A stretch of DNA of 64,000 nt, taken from contig JAYTLK010000259.1 in the NCBI GenBank assembly GCA_043729515.1, forward strand, positions 1,199-65,198. The letters run 5' to 3'. The position numbers and the translations under genes are program-made. Below, one piece after another: positions 9,782 through 18,832 of this stretch (its first letter is position 1; the number at the start of each line of letters is the position of its first letter). The notes below the pieces were generated by a model. It worked only from the letters and a program-made list of their open reading frames with translations, made no database searches and was not told the DNA's origin. The DNA comes from Herminiimonas sp. (GTDB lineage Bacteria; Pseudomonadota; Gammaproteobacteria; Burkholderiales; Burkholderiaceae_D).

Positions 9782-10371
9782 GTGGAGGTCATGTCGAACC
9801 GGCGCCGAATGCGCAGCCAGAGCTGCCGCGCCAGCCGGCGCTGGCCGGCATGGCGCGCGCCCTGCATGGCTTCAATCGCCTGTTGCTGGCGATCTCCAGG
9901 TTCGCCATGATCGCCACCGCCGTGATGTTGACGGTGGCCGTGGTCGCGCGGTATTTCTTCAAGGTGCCGACCGACTGGCAGGATGACGCCACGGTCTTCG
10001 CCCTGGTTGGCGTCACGTTCTTCAGTTGCGCCTACGTGCAGTCGTTTCGCGGCCACATCGGCATCGAAGCGGTTGCCTCGTTGTTGCCCTCGGCGGTCAA
10101 CGCGGCACGCCTGCTGCTGGTCGATTTGCTGTCGTTTCTCTTCTGTGCGTTTTTCTCCTGGAAATCCTGGGCGCTGTTCCATGAAGCCTGGCGCGACGGC
10201 CAGACCACGTCGTCGACGCTGGCGCCACCGCTCTGGATTCCGTATTCGATGATGGCGGCCGGCATGACACTGCTGGCCCTGCAGCTGCTGGTGCAGCTGC
10301 TTGCCCGCGTGACGGGCGGCAGCGTCAATCAAGACCCGGTGCATGCTTCCACCGGAAAGGCGTTGCCATGA
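9778..10371 (+). CDS. TRAP transporter small permease (DctQ family)
   Basis: GTG at 9778 overlaps the dctP stop (GTGA). Four predicted TM helices. Start uncertain: the track ORF begins at 9742 and an internal Met (MARALHGF) is also possible. Confidence 0.75.
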   Translation: MSGGHVEPAPNAQPELPRQPALAGMARALHGFNRLLLAISRFAMIATAVMLTVAVVARYFFKVPTDWQDDATVFALVGVTFFSCAYVQSFRGHIGIEAVASLLPSAVNAARLLLVDLLSFLFCAFFSWKSWALFHEAWRDGQTTSSTLAPPLWIPYSMMAAGMTLLALQLLVQLLARVTGGSVNQDPVHASTGKALP

Positions 10372-11717
10372 GCCCGTTGACCCTTGGCGTGCTGTATGCG
10401 GTGGCCACGCTGCTGATCATGTTCTCCGGCATGCCGATTGCCTTTGCGCTCGGTACGGTCGCCGTCACGTTCATGTTTTTCTTCATGCCGGCCGCGTCGC
10501 TCGACACGGTCGCACAAAATGTCTACGAGGAGATGGCGTCGGTGACGCTGCTGTCGATTCCGCTCTTTATCCTCAAAGGGGCGGCGATCGGCCGATCTCC
10601 GGCCGGGCGCGATCTCTACAGCGCGATTCACGCCTGGTTGCACAAGGTGCCTGGCGGGCTCGGCATCGCCAACGTGTTTGCCTGCGCGCTGTTTGCGGCC
10701 ATGGCCGGTTCGTCGCCGGCGACCTGCTCGGCGATCGGCTCGGCCGGTATCCCCGAGATGCGCCGGCGCGGGTATTCGCCCGGTTTTGCGGCCGGCATCA
10801 TCGCCGCCGGCGGCACGCTCGGCATCCTCCTGCCGCCGTCGATCACGATGATCCTGTACGCGGTGGCGGCCGAACAATCGCTCGGCCGCCTGTTCCTGGC
10901 CGGTATCGGCCCCGGCGTGCTGCTGGTGGCCATGTTTGCCGGTTATGCCGTCTACCGCGCCCGCAAGGAGCATGCCGCAGCGCTGGCGGTCTATCAAGCC
11001 GGTGGCGTGAAATCGGCCTATCTCGATGAAGAGACTTACACCCTCGCGCAGAAAGTCGAAACCCTGCCGCGCGTGATGCCGTTCGTGGTGCTGCTGATCG
11101 GCGTGATGGTGGCGCTCTACGGCGGGTATGCCACGCCGACCGAGACCGCGGGCCTGGGCGCGTTGCTGGCGATCGTGTTGATTGCCATCGTCTACCGCCT
11201 CTGGCGGCCCTCCGACATCGCGCCGATGATCACCGCCACCATCCGGGAATCGACGATGCTGCTGCTGATCATCGGCATGTCGCTGTTGTATTCCTATGTG
11301 ATGAGCTATCTCCACATCAGCCAGTCGGCGGCCGAATGGGTGGTCGCCATGCATCTGTCGAAATGGGTGCTGCTGGCCGTGATCCTGTTGATGGTGGTGG
11401 TGCTGGGATTTTTCCTGCCACCGGTGTCGATCATCCTCATGACCGCGCCGATCATCCTGCCGCCATTGCGGGCCGCCGGCTTCGACCTGATCTGGTTCGG
11501 CATCATGATGACCATCGTGATGGAGATGGGATTGATTCACCCGCCGGTGGGGTTGAATTTATTTGTCATCAAGAACATTGCGCCCGACATTCCGCTGCGT
11601 GACGTGATCGTGGGCGTGCTGCCGTTCGTGCTGCTGATGTTCGTGGCGCTGCTCCTGCTGTGCGTGGCGCCGGGTATCGCGACCGGCCTGTCGAACCTGG
11701 TCATGGGTGTGCCGTGA
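10368..11717 (+). CDS. TRAP transporter large permease (DctM family)
   Basis: 449-aa polytopic membrane protein. Overlaps the dctQ stop by 4 nt. Typical DctM N-terminus MSPLTLGVLYAVATLLIMFSGMPIAFALG. Confidence 0.9.
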   Translation: MSPLTLGVLYAVATLLIMFSGMPIAFALGTVAVTFMFFFMPAASLDTVAQNVYEEMASVTLLSIPLFILKGAAIGRSPAGRDLYSAIHAWLHKVPGGLGIANVFACALFAAMAGSSPATCSAIGSAGIPEMRRRGYSPGFAAGIIAAGGTLGILLPPSITMILYAVAAEQSLGRLFLAGIGPGVLLVAMFAGYAVYRARKEHAAALAVYQAGGVKSAYLDEETYTLAQKVETLPRVMPFVVLLIGVMVALYGGYATPTETAGLGALLAIVLIAIVYRLWRPSDIAPMITATIRESTMLLLIIGMSLLYSYVMSYLHISQSAAEWVVAMHLSKWVLLAVILLMVVVLGFFLPPVSIILMTAPIILPPLRAAGFDLIWFGIMMTIVMEMGLIHPPVGLNLFVIKNIAPDIPLRDVIVGVLPFVLLMFVALLLLCVAPGIATGLSNLVMGVP

Positions 11718-13413
11718 TTGCTTGTCGCATGTTGACCCATTGAATACGCCGCTGCCGGTCTGGGATCATCAGCGCCAGCGCCGGGCGCAGCGCCTGGCGC
11801 AGGTAAGCGCGGTGCTGGGCAGCGATCTCGTGGGCCGGATCTTTCCGGCTGCGCGCATCGTCGACCTGCTGCATGCAGCCATCGCCTCCGGCGACCGGGT
11901 CTGCCTGGAAGGGAACAATCAGAAGCAGGCGGATTTTTTGGCGCGCAGTCTGTGTGCACTTGACCCGGCACGGGTCAACCGACTTCACATGCTGCAATCG
12001 GTGCTGGCACTGCCGGAACATCTCGATCTGTTCGAGAAAGGCATCGCCGAGCGGCTCGATTTTTCTTTTTCGGGGCCGCAGTCGGGACGACTGGCGCGCC
12101 TTGCCTCCTCGGGCAAACTGTCGATCGGCGCCATCCACACGTATCTTGAATTGTTCGGCCGTTATTTCATTGACCTGACGCCCGGCGTGGCATTGGTCGC
12201 GGCGCAGGCGGCCGACCGGCACGGCAATCTCTACACCGGCCCCAACACCGAGGACACGCCGGCCATCGTCGAAGCCACCGCCTTCAAGAGCGGCATCGTG
12301 ATCGCACAGGTCGATGAAATCGTCGACACGCTGCCACGGGTCGACATTCCCGCCGACTGGGTCGATTACGTGGTGCAGGCGCCGACGCCACATTACATCG
12401 AGCCGCTGTTCACTCGGGACCCGGCCCTGATTTCGGAGATCCAGATCCTGATGGCAATGATGGCCATCAAGGGCATCTACGCACCCTACGGCGTGCAGCG
12501 GCTGAACCACGGCATCGGCTTCGACACTGCCGCCATCGAGCTGATCCTGCCGACCTATGGCGCGGCACTCGGCCTGAAGGGCAAGATCGGCCGCCACTGG
12601 GCCTTGAATCCGCATCCGGCGCTGATTCCCGCCATCGAGGCCGGCTTCGTCGAATCGGTCCATTCGTTCGGCGCCGAACTCGGCATGGAAGACTACATCC
12701 GCGCCCGGCCCGACATCTTTTTCACCGGCCATGACGGCGCCATGCGCAGCAACCGCGCCATGTCGCAGGTCGCTGGCCTGTATGCCTGCGACATGTTCAT
12801 CGGCTCGACGCTGCAGATCGATTTGCAGGGCAACTCGTCGACCGCGACCCTGGGCCGGATCTCCGGATTCGGTGGTGCGCCGAACATGGGTTCGGACGCG
12901 CGCGGCCGCCGTCACGCCAGCCCCGCATGGCTTGCCGCCGGACAGCAGGCGCAAGCGGGCGCCAGCGACGGCCGGATGCCGCGCGGGCGCAAGCTGGTGG
13001 TGCAAATGGTCGAAACCTTCCGTGAACACATGCAACCGGCATTCGTCGAACGGCTCGACGCCTGGGAACTGGCGGAACAGGCTGCCATGGCAATTCCGCC
13101 GGTGATGATCTACGGCGACGATGTCACGCACATCCTCACCGAAGAAGGCATCGCGAACCTGCTCCTGTGCCGCACGCCTCAGGAACGGGAACAGGCGATC
13201 CGGGCAGTGGCGGGCTACACGGCAGTCGGCCGCGGCCGCGATCGCGCCATCGTGGAGCAGCTGCGCGCCCGCGGCGTGGTGCGGCGCGCCGAGGACCTGG
13301 GCATCGACAAGCGCGACGCCACGCGTGATCTCCTGGCCGCGCGTAACATGAAAGATCTGGTACGTGCCTCGGGTGGCCTGTATCACCCGCCGGCGCAGTT
13401 TCGTCACTGGTAG
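11707..13413 (+). CDS. mdcA: malonate decarboxylase alpha subunit (acetyl-ACP:malonate ACP transferase)
   Basis: GDRVCLEGNNQKQADFLARSL motif and length of about 560 aa match MdcA. The start is ambiguous (GTG 11707, TTG 11722 or TTG 11740) and none has a clear RBS. Confidence 0.88.
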   Translation: MCRDCLSHVDPLNTPLPVWDHQRQRRAQRLAQVSAVLGSDLVGRIFPAARIVDLLHAAIASGDRVCLEGNNQKQADFLARSLCALDPARVNRLHMLQSVLALPEHLDLFEKGIAERLDFSFSGPQSGRLARLASSGKLSIGAIHTYLELFGRYFIDLTPGVALVAAQAADRHGNLYTGPNTEDTPAIVEATAFKSGIVIAQVDEIVDTLPRVDIPADWVDYVVQAPTPHYIEPLFTRDPALISEIQILMAMMAIKGIYAPYGVQRLNHGIGFDTAAIELILPTYGAALGLKGKIGRHWALNPHPALIPAIEAGFVESVHSFGAELGMEDYIRARPDIFFTGHDGAMRSNRAMSQVAGLYACDMFIGSTLQIDLQGNSSTATLGRISGFGGAPNMGSDARGRRHASPAWLAAGQQAQAGASDGRMPRGRKLVVQMVETFREHMQPAFVERLDAWELAEQAAMAIPPVMIYGDDVTHILTEEGIANLLLCRTPQEREQAIRAVAGYTAVGRGRDRAIVEQLRARGVVRRAEDLGIDKRDATRDLLAARNMKDLVRASGGLYHPPAQFRHW

Positions 13414-13548
13414 AAAAAGCGCATGCGGCAGCACGAGAAAGTGCAAACAATTCGCTGGCAGAAGCACGAGCAAGGCCGGGCCAGGCGCACGTCCGGCGCA
13501 AGGCTGGTGCAAGCCCGGTGCGAGCCATCAACGGCATGAAAGTCATCC

Positions 13549-13911
13549 ATGGAAAGCCTGCATTTTCGATTCGAGAACGGCATCACTGCATTGGCGCCGA
13601 CGGCGCATCTGGTCGGTGTGGTCAGTTCCGGCAACCTTGAAGTGCTGATTGAATCCGCGCCCTTGAACGGCGCCTGCGAGATCGGCATCACGACGGCCGC
13701 CCGCGGCTTCGGCAGCACCTGGCAAGCGGTGATGAACGATTTTCACCAGCGCTGGCAGCTGCGCGACACACGCCTGTCGATCAACGACATGGGCGCGACA
13801 CCGGCAGTCGTCAGTCTGCGGCTGGATCAAGCGGTGGAGGCCGCCGTCAGCGCCGTTCATGGCGGCGCCGGGTCGGGCGCGAACGCAAGCAGCGAGAGAG
13901 GCGGGCAGTGA
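13549..13911 (+). CDS. mdcC: malonate decarboxylase acyl carrier protein (delta subunit)
   Basis: Small ORF with VGVVSSGNLEVLIE and SINDMGATPAVVSLRLDQA segments characteristic of MdcC/CitD-type ACPs. Overlaps the mdcD start. Confidence 0.85.
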   Translation: MESLHFRFENGITALAPTAHLVGVVSSGNLEVLIESAPLNGACEIGITTAARGFGSTWQAVMNDFHQRWQLRDTRLSINDMGATPAVVSLRLDQAVEAAVSAVHGGAGSGANASSERGGQ

Positions 13912-14840
13912 GCGCTGCAACCGGTACCCGCCTCCTGGCCCCGCACAGCTACCGCGAAGCCAATGCCCGCGAACGTCTGGCATGCCTGCTCGACCAGGAC
14001 TCGCTCGACGAATGGCTGCCGCCTTCCGCCCGCGTCACCAGCCCGCATCTGGCCCAGCTCGATGCACCGGTCGCCTTCGACGACGGCGTCGTGATCGGCC
14101 GGGCAACCCTCGCCGGCCGGCCGATCTTCGTGGCCGCGCAGGAAGGCGGTTTCATGGGCGGTGCGGTAGGCGAGGTACATGGCGCCAAGCTGGTCGGGAT
14201 GTTGCAGCGTGCAATCGACGAGCGACCGCAGGCGGTGCTGTTGCTGCTGGAGACTGGCGGCGTGCGGCTGCATGAAGCCAATGCCGGCCTGATTGCGGTC
14301 TCCGAAGTCATGCGTGCGGTGCTGGCGGTGCGGGCTGCAGAGATTCCGGTGATCGTGCTGATCGGTGGCGCCAACGGCTGCTTCGGCGGCATGGGCATCG
14401 TGGCGCGCTGCGCCAATGCGATCGTGATGTCGGAAGAGGGCCGGCTGGCAATGAGCGGGCCGGAGGTAATCGAAACCGCCAATGGCGTCGAGGAATTTGA
14501 TTCACGCGATCGCGCGCTGGTCTGGCGCACCACCGGCGGCAAGCACCGTTACCTGCTTGGCGATTGCCAGACGATCGTGCCGGATACGATCGGCGCGTTT
14601 CGCGACGCTGCCGTGGCTGCCATCGACGCCTGCGCGCGTCAGCCGATCGGGTTGACCCTGGCAGGACTCGACGCCGAGCAAAGCCTGCTGCGCGAGCGTC
14701 TGGTGCGCTTCGGCGACTGCGGTGACGCGAGCGCGATCTGGGCCGCGCTTGGCATCGTCGACCCGGGTCGGCTGCCGTTGCTGGAGGCCGATGAATTTCT
14801 GGCGGCGGTCGCTGCCAACCGACTTGGAGCACAGGCATGA
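13908..14840 (+). CDS. mdcD: malonate decarboxylase beta subunit (carboxyltransferase)
   Basis: 310 aa. Carboxyltransferase-type sequence (FVAAQEGGFMGGAVGEVHGAKL). Position after mdcC. GTG start overlapping the mdcC stop. Confidence 0.85.
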   Translation: MSAATGTRLLAPHSYREANARERLACLLDQDSLDEWLPPSARVTSPHLAQLDAPVAFDDGVVIGRATLAGRPIFVAAQEGGFMGGAVGEVHGAKLVGMLQRAIDERPQAVLLLLETGGVRLHEANAGLIAVSEVMRAVLAVRAAEIPVIVLIGGANGCFGGMGIVARCANAIVMSEEGRLAMSGPEVIETANGVEEFDSRDRALVWRTTGGKHRYLLGDCQTIVPDTIGAFRDAAVAAIDACARQPIGLTLAGLDAEQSLLRERLVRFGDCGDASAIWAALGIVDPGRLPLLEADEFLAAVAANRLGAQA

Positions 14841-15577
14841 GCGCGCACTGGACAACGGTTGCGCAACGTCTTTTTCCGGAGGGGCATGCGATCTCCGAGC
14901 AGGCGAATTTTTTGTCCGGCACCGCGCAGGTCGGAGGTGAAACCGTGGCCGTCATCGGCACCAGCGAGCATGTGCCGATCGGCGTCGAAATCGCGCTGGC
15001 ACAGGCGCAGGCGGTGCTGGAAACCGTGCGCTGCCACCCCAGCCGCCCGATCCTGATCCTGGTCGATACCCAGGGCCAGCGCTTGCGGCATCGCGATGAA
15101 ATGCTGGGCATCAACAGCTACATGGCGCATCTCGGCAAATGCATCGAACTGGCCCGCCGGCAAGGGCATGCTGTGCTCGGACTGGTGTATGACCAGGCGC
15201 TCTCGGGCGGCTTCATCACCAGCGGGCTGATGGCGGACGCCTGCTATGCCTTGCCGGATGCGACGATTCGCGTCATGGGCCTGCCAGCCATGGCCCGCAT
15301 CACCAAGGTACCGGAAGAGCGCCTGATGGCGCTGGCTGTCGACAATCCGGTTTTCGCACCCGGCCCGGAAAACTACCTGCGCATGGGTGGCATCGAGGCA
15401 ATCTGGCAGGGCGACCTGGCGCCGCAACTGGCCGATGCTTTGGTGCTCGCCAAGGCGCAGGCGACGGCTGGACAGGCACGCGACCGGCGCAGCGTCACAG
15501 GTTTCGCCCGCGGCGGGCGCAAGCTGGCGCAGCCGGTGATCGATGCAGTGCGCGGCGGGCATGCCGTCTCGTCATGA
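14837..15577 (+). CDS. mdcE: malonate decarboxylase gamma subunit
   Basis: 246 aa. ATGA overlap with mdcD. Second carboxyltransferase half (ILILVDTQGQRLRHRDEMLGI). Confidence 0.85.
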   Translation: MSAHWTTVAQRLFPEGHAISEQANFLSGTAQVGGETVAVIGTSEHVPIGVEIALAQAQAVLETVRCHPSRPILILVDTQGQRLRHRDEMLGINSYMAHLGKCIELARRQGHAVLGLVYDQALSGGFITSGLMADACYALPDATIRVMGLPAMARITKVPEERLMALAVDNPVFAPGPENYLRMGGIEAIWQGDLAPQLADALVLAKAQATAGQARDRRSVTGFARGGRKLAQPVIDAVRGGHAVSS

Positions 15578-16334
15578 TCTGGCCTGGCTGACGCCGTCCG
15601 GTTGGGACGACGTGCAGCAGGCCAGCGCAGCCCGGCCGACGGCAGTGCGCGACGCCGTGGCCCGCTGGCGTGCCGCCGACTGGCCGCTGGTCGTGCGGCG
15701 AGCCGAACCCGAGCAGCCACCTGGCCTGCTGGCGGTCGGCCTGCCGCTGCCGCCGGATGATCTGGGAGACAAGGTGCGCATCGGCGCACTGGTCGCGCAG
15801 AACGCCGTCCGGCGGCATGCCTCGCCGCTGACTTTCAATGAAGTCGCCGGCGTGATGCCGCCGCAGTGGCGCACGGCATCCCTGGCGCTGCAGCTCGCCT
15901 GGCCGGAGTTCCTGACGCCGCTGCGCGTGTATGGCTCGCTTGCCTGGCAGGCGCTTACCGGCATGCCGTTTTTACGTGACGGCTCGGACATTGATCTCCT
16001 GTTCACTCCATGCAACCGGCGTGAGATGGAGCAGGGCACCGAGCTGCTCGATGCGCACGGCGTCTGCCTGCCCCTCGATGGCGAAATCCTGTTTCCGGGC
16101 GATGTTGCAGTGGCCTGGCGCGAATGGCGTGCTGCGATGCTCACAGGTGGCGCTGGCGCCGTGCTGGCAAAACGCGCCGACCGGGTGCAACTGGTCTCGT
16201 GCCAGGCCCTCCTGTTGCTGCTTGCCCTGCCATCGGGTGCAGTCGTGCCCGGCATGCCTGCCGCAGGCTTGCCAGGCGCAAGCCCGGATGCCGACGGCGG
16301 CGCGCTGCCAGCGCCAGCGATGAACACGCCATGA
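15561..16334 (+). CDS. mdcG: phosphoribosyl-dephospho-CoA transferase (malonate decarboxylase holo-ACP synthase)
   Basis: MPSRHDLAWLTPSGWD... and GSDIDLLF nucleotidyltransferase-like motif. Overlaps mdcE and mdcB. It has a C-terminal Pro/Ala-rich tail of about 40 aa beyond what I remember of typical MdcG length. Alternative start at 15543. Confidence 0.75.
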   Translation: MPSRHDLAWLTPSGWDDVQQASAARPTAVRDAVARWRAADWPLVVRRAEPEQPPGLLAVGLPLPPDDLGDKVRIGALVAQNAVRRHASPLTFNEVAGVMPPQWRTASLALQLAWPEFLTPLRVYGSLAWQALTGMPFLRDGSDIDLLFTPCNRREMEQGTELLDAHGVCLPLDGEILFPGDVAVAWREWRAAMLTGGAGAVLAKRADRVQLVSCQALLLLLALPSGAVVPGMPAAGLPGASPDADGGALPAPAMNTP

Positions 16335-17221
16335 TCAATGCCCTGCAAGCGGACATGTCCCCCTCCACGATCGCGCGCCGTGCAGTGCATGCGCTGTATG
16401 CCGAGCTGATGCTCTACCCGAAGCCCGGCCTGGTATCGACGGTGGACTGCGGCAGCCATGACGACATGGATGCGGGTCTGTTCATGCACAGTCTTTTCAG
16501 CCTGCGCGGATATTTCAAGGCCACCGCCGCAGCCGGCGCGCGGCGGGCCGATTTTGCCATCCTGAATGCGCTTGGCCGGGATGCGGAACGCCGCATGCTC
16601 GATGCCACTGGCGGCGTCAACACACATCGTGGCGCAATTTTTTGCCTGGGTCTGCTCAGCGCTGCCTGTGGCCGGGCGAGCGTCAGTACCGGCTCTGAAC
16701 CCTTGACGCCCGCGCGCCTGCGATCGACCCTGATGCGCCAGTGGGGCCAGCAACTCGCCGTGCATTGCGATGACCGCCTGCCCGATGCGCATGGTACTGG
16801 CGTCGCTCTTTCACATGGCCACGGCGGCGCGCGCGCGCAAGCCGCGCGCGGCATGCCGGCCGTGTTCGAACTCGCGTTGCCGGCGCTGCGGGCGGCGCTG
16901 CATGCCGGCCGCGATTGGGAATGCGCCCGGATCGATGCTTTTTTTCACCTGATGGCGCAGCTCGACGATTCCAATGTCCTGCATCGTGGCGGCGCCGCTG
17001 GCGCCAGCCTCGTGCAACGGTGCGGCGAGCGCTTCATTGCAGCCGGTGGCACGGCAAACCGCAACTGGCGTACCGAGGCGCTTGCAGCACACCGGCTGCT
17101 GGTCACGCACCGCTTGTCCCCGGGTGGTGCTGCCGATCTGCTGGCCGCGGCGTGCTTCGTGCACCTGTCCACACACGATGACACCGATGTGATGGTCGGC
17201 CTGCAGGCAATGCCGGCCTGA
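16331..17221 (+). CDS. mdcB: triphosphoribosyl-dephospho-CoA synthase (CitG/MdcB family)
   Basis: ATG 16331 overlaps the mdcG stop (ATGA). LYPKPGLVS and NTHRGAIF motifs of the CitG/MdcB family. The track ORF start at 16124 is an upstream extension. Confidence 0.85.
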   Translation: MINALQADMSPSTIARRAVHALYAELMLYPKPGLVSTVDCGSHDDMDAGLFMHSLFSLRGYFKATAAAGARRADFAILNALGRDAERRMLDATGGVNTHRGAIFCLGLLSAACGRASVSTGSEPLTPARLRSTLMRQWGQQLAVHCDDRLPDAHGTGVALSHGHGGARAQAARGMPAVFELALPALRAALHAGRDWECARIDAFFHLMAQLDDSNVLHRGGAAGASLVQRCGERFIAAGGTANRNWRTEALAAHRLLVTHRLSPGGAADLLAAACFVHLSTHDDTDVMVGLQAMPA

Positions 17222-18153
17222 TGGAACGGGTGCGTCTCGCCATCCTCTGTTCCGGCCAGGGCGCGCAGCACCACGGCATGTTCGATCTGGCGCGTACCGA
17301 TTCGGCGGCAGCCCGCATGCTCGAAACCTGGCAAGTTCCGGCGTCATTTGCGCCAGCCGACGACCTGTTCGCCAACCGCGCTGCGCAGCCGCTGCTGGTG
17401 AAATGCGCCTGCGCCACCTGGGAAGCGGTCCGGCATCATTTGCCGCCACCGGTGGCAGTCGCGGGCTACAGCGTCGGTGAAGTTACGGCGCTGGCGGTGG
17501 CGGGCGTGATCGATGCGGCCCAGGCAGTTGCGCTGGCGCAGACGCGCGCCGCACTGATGGACGACTGTGTTGACCCGACCCAGCCACAAGGTTTGCTCGC
17601 CATCGGCGGCCTCGCGCTGCAGGCAACCGAGCAGTTGCTGGTTGACATGGGTGCAACGGGAATCGGTATCGCGATCGTCAACGGTGCCGATCAATGCATT
17701 GTCGGTGGTCTTTGGCAAGACGGAAACAGCGGGCCGGGCTTGAATGCCTTGGCAGCCAGGCTCGATGGCATCGGCATCCAGGTCAACCGACTGTCGGTGA
17801 CCATCGCATCGCACACCGCCTGGATGCGCAAGGCAGTCGCGCCATTGCATGACGTCGTCGCGCGGTTCGCGCCGCATGCGCCGCAAACCCGACTCCTGGC
17901 CGGGATCAGCGGCGCTGCTTCGTCAGAGGGTGCTGTGGCCCTGGCAGCATTGGTTGGACAGACCGATCAGACGGTCCGGTGGGACGCATGCATGGACAGC
18001 CTGGCCGAAGCTGGGGTGACCAAGGCCTTGGAGTTGGGCCCCGGAAGCGCGCTGAGTCGAATGCTTGCCGTCCGTCATCCGCAGATCGCCTGCCGCTCGG
18101 TGTCGGATTTCCGCAGCGTCGCCGGGATTGCCGCCTGGGCCGGACGCCAGTAG
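17221..18153 (+). CDS. mdcH: malonate decarboxylase epsilon subunit (malonyl-CoA:ACP transacylase)
   Basis: FabD-like: LCSGQGAQ and GYSVGE active-site motifs. TGATG overlap with mdcB. Confidence 0.88.
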   Translation: MERVRLAILCSGQGAQHHGMFDLARTDSAAARMLETWQVPASFAPADDLFANRAAQPLLVKCACATWEAVRHHLPPPVAVAGYSVGEVTALAVAGVIDAAQAVALAQTRAALMDDCVDPTQPQGLLAIGGLALQATEQLLVDMGATGIGIAIVNGADQCIVGGLWQDGNSGPGLNALAARLDGIGIQVNRLSVTIASHTAWMRKAVAPLHDVVARFAPHAPQTRLLAGISGAASSEGAVALAALVGQTDQTVRWDACMDSLAEAGVTKALELGPGSALSRMLAVRHPQIACRSVSDFRSVAGIAAWAGRQ

Positions 18154-18193
18154 GCGCGCAGCGACCGTTCGACCATTACCCGCCAATCCCTGG

Positions 18194-18775
18194 TCAGCGT
18201 GGCGGCGGCGGCGGCGGTAAGCCCGGAGGCGGTGGCGGTGGCCTGGTGCCTGTTGAATTCAGTGGCGGGGGATAGCCACTGCCTTCGGTCATCATCCTGC
18301 CGGACACCGGCACCCGGTGACCCTTGGCATACATGCACTGGGTGTAGCCGACATCATAGCGACGCTGTGCACCATAGGCAGATTGACTGGCCGTGCCAGT
18401 GCCAGCGGCACCGCCCAGCAGCAGACCGGTGCCGGCGCCCACCGCCGCGCCACGACCGCCATTGATGGCCGCACCCGCTGCGGCCCCGAGCAGGGTGCCG
18501 ACCGCCGCACTGCGCACGCCACTGTCGACTGCGGCGTTTTCCGCAGAGATGCCGGCCTGCTGCCCGGCGAAGAGGCGACAGTCGTTGTCATCGTAGCGGA
18601 ACTGGTCGAAGCTCTTGCCGGTGCCAGGCAATACCATCACGCTTGGGCCACTCGGTGGCAGTGTGGTACAGGCACCGAGCAGTACGACGGCGATCAGTGC
18701 GCCTGTTGCCCCGGTCAGACGCGGTGCGCTGATGCGACTTGGCTTTTGCGATGCCGCAAAAATCGTTTCTCTCAT
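18194..18775 (-). CDS. glycine-zipper lipoprotein with proline-rich C-terminus
   Basis: Lipobox VLLGAC. Gly/Ala zipper AAVGTLLGAAAGAAINGGRGAAVGAGTGLLLGGAAG. QRRYDVGYTQCMYAKGHRVP segment. Tail PPPPPPGLPPPPPPR. Confidence 0.7.
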   Translation of the reverse strand: MRETIFAASQKPSRISAPRLTGATGALIAVVLLGACTTLPPSGPSVMVLPGTGKSFDQFRYDDNDCRLFAGQQAGISAENAAVDSGVRSAAVGTLLGAAAGAAINGGRGAAVGAGTGLLLGGAAGTGTASQSAYGAQRRYDVGYTQCMYAKGHRVPVSGRMMTEGSGYPPPLNSTGTRPPPPPPGLPPPPPPR

Positions 18776-18832
18776 GTCGTCGTACTTTCTAAAAATAATT
18801 TCAAGAAGACATGCCGGACCATGGCAGCAGGC

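Noticed and set aside
10329-13512. Long minus-strand ORFs (10329..11540 and 11701..13512) over dctM and mdcA
   Set aside because: Low-complexity, Arg/His-rich translations with no recognisable domains. The plus-strand genes are strongly supported.
13414-13548. The 135-nt gap between mdcA and mdcC as a possible small gene or riboswitch
   Set aside because: There is no ORF with a start and RBS, and only weak 4-bp palindromes plus a loose GCACGAG direct repeat. It is mentioned under the malonate finding but is not called as a feature.
15572-16792. 406-aa minus-strand ORF over mdcG/mdcB
   Set aside because: Antisense shadow ORF (Ala/Arg/Ser/Pro-rich). The plus strand carries overlapping mdc genes with family motifs.
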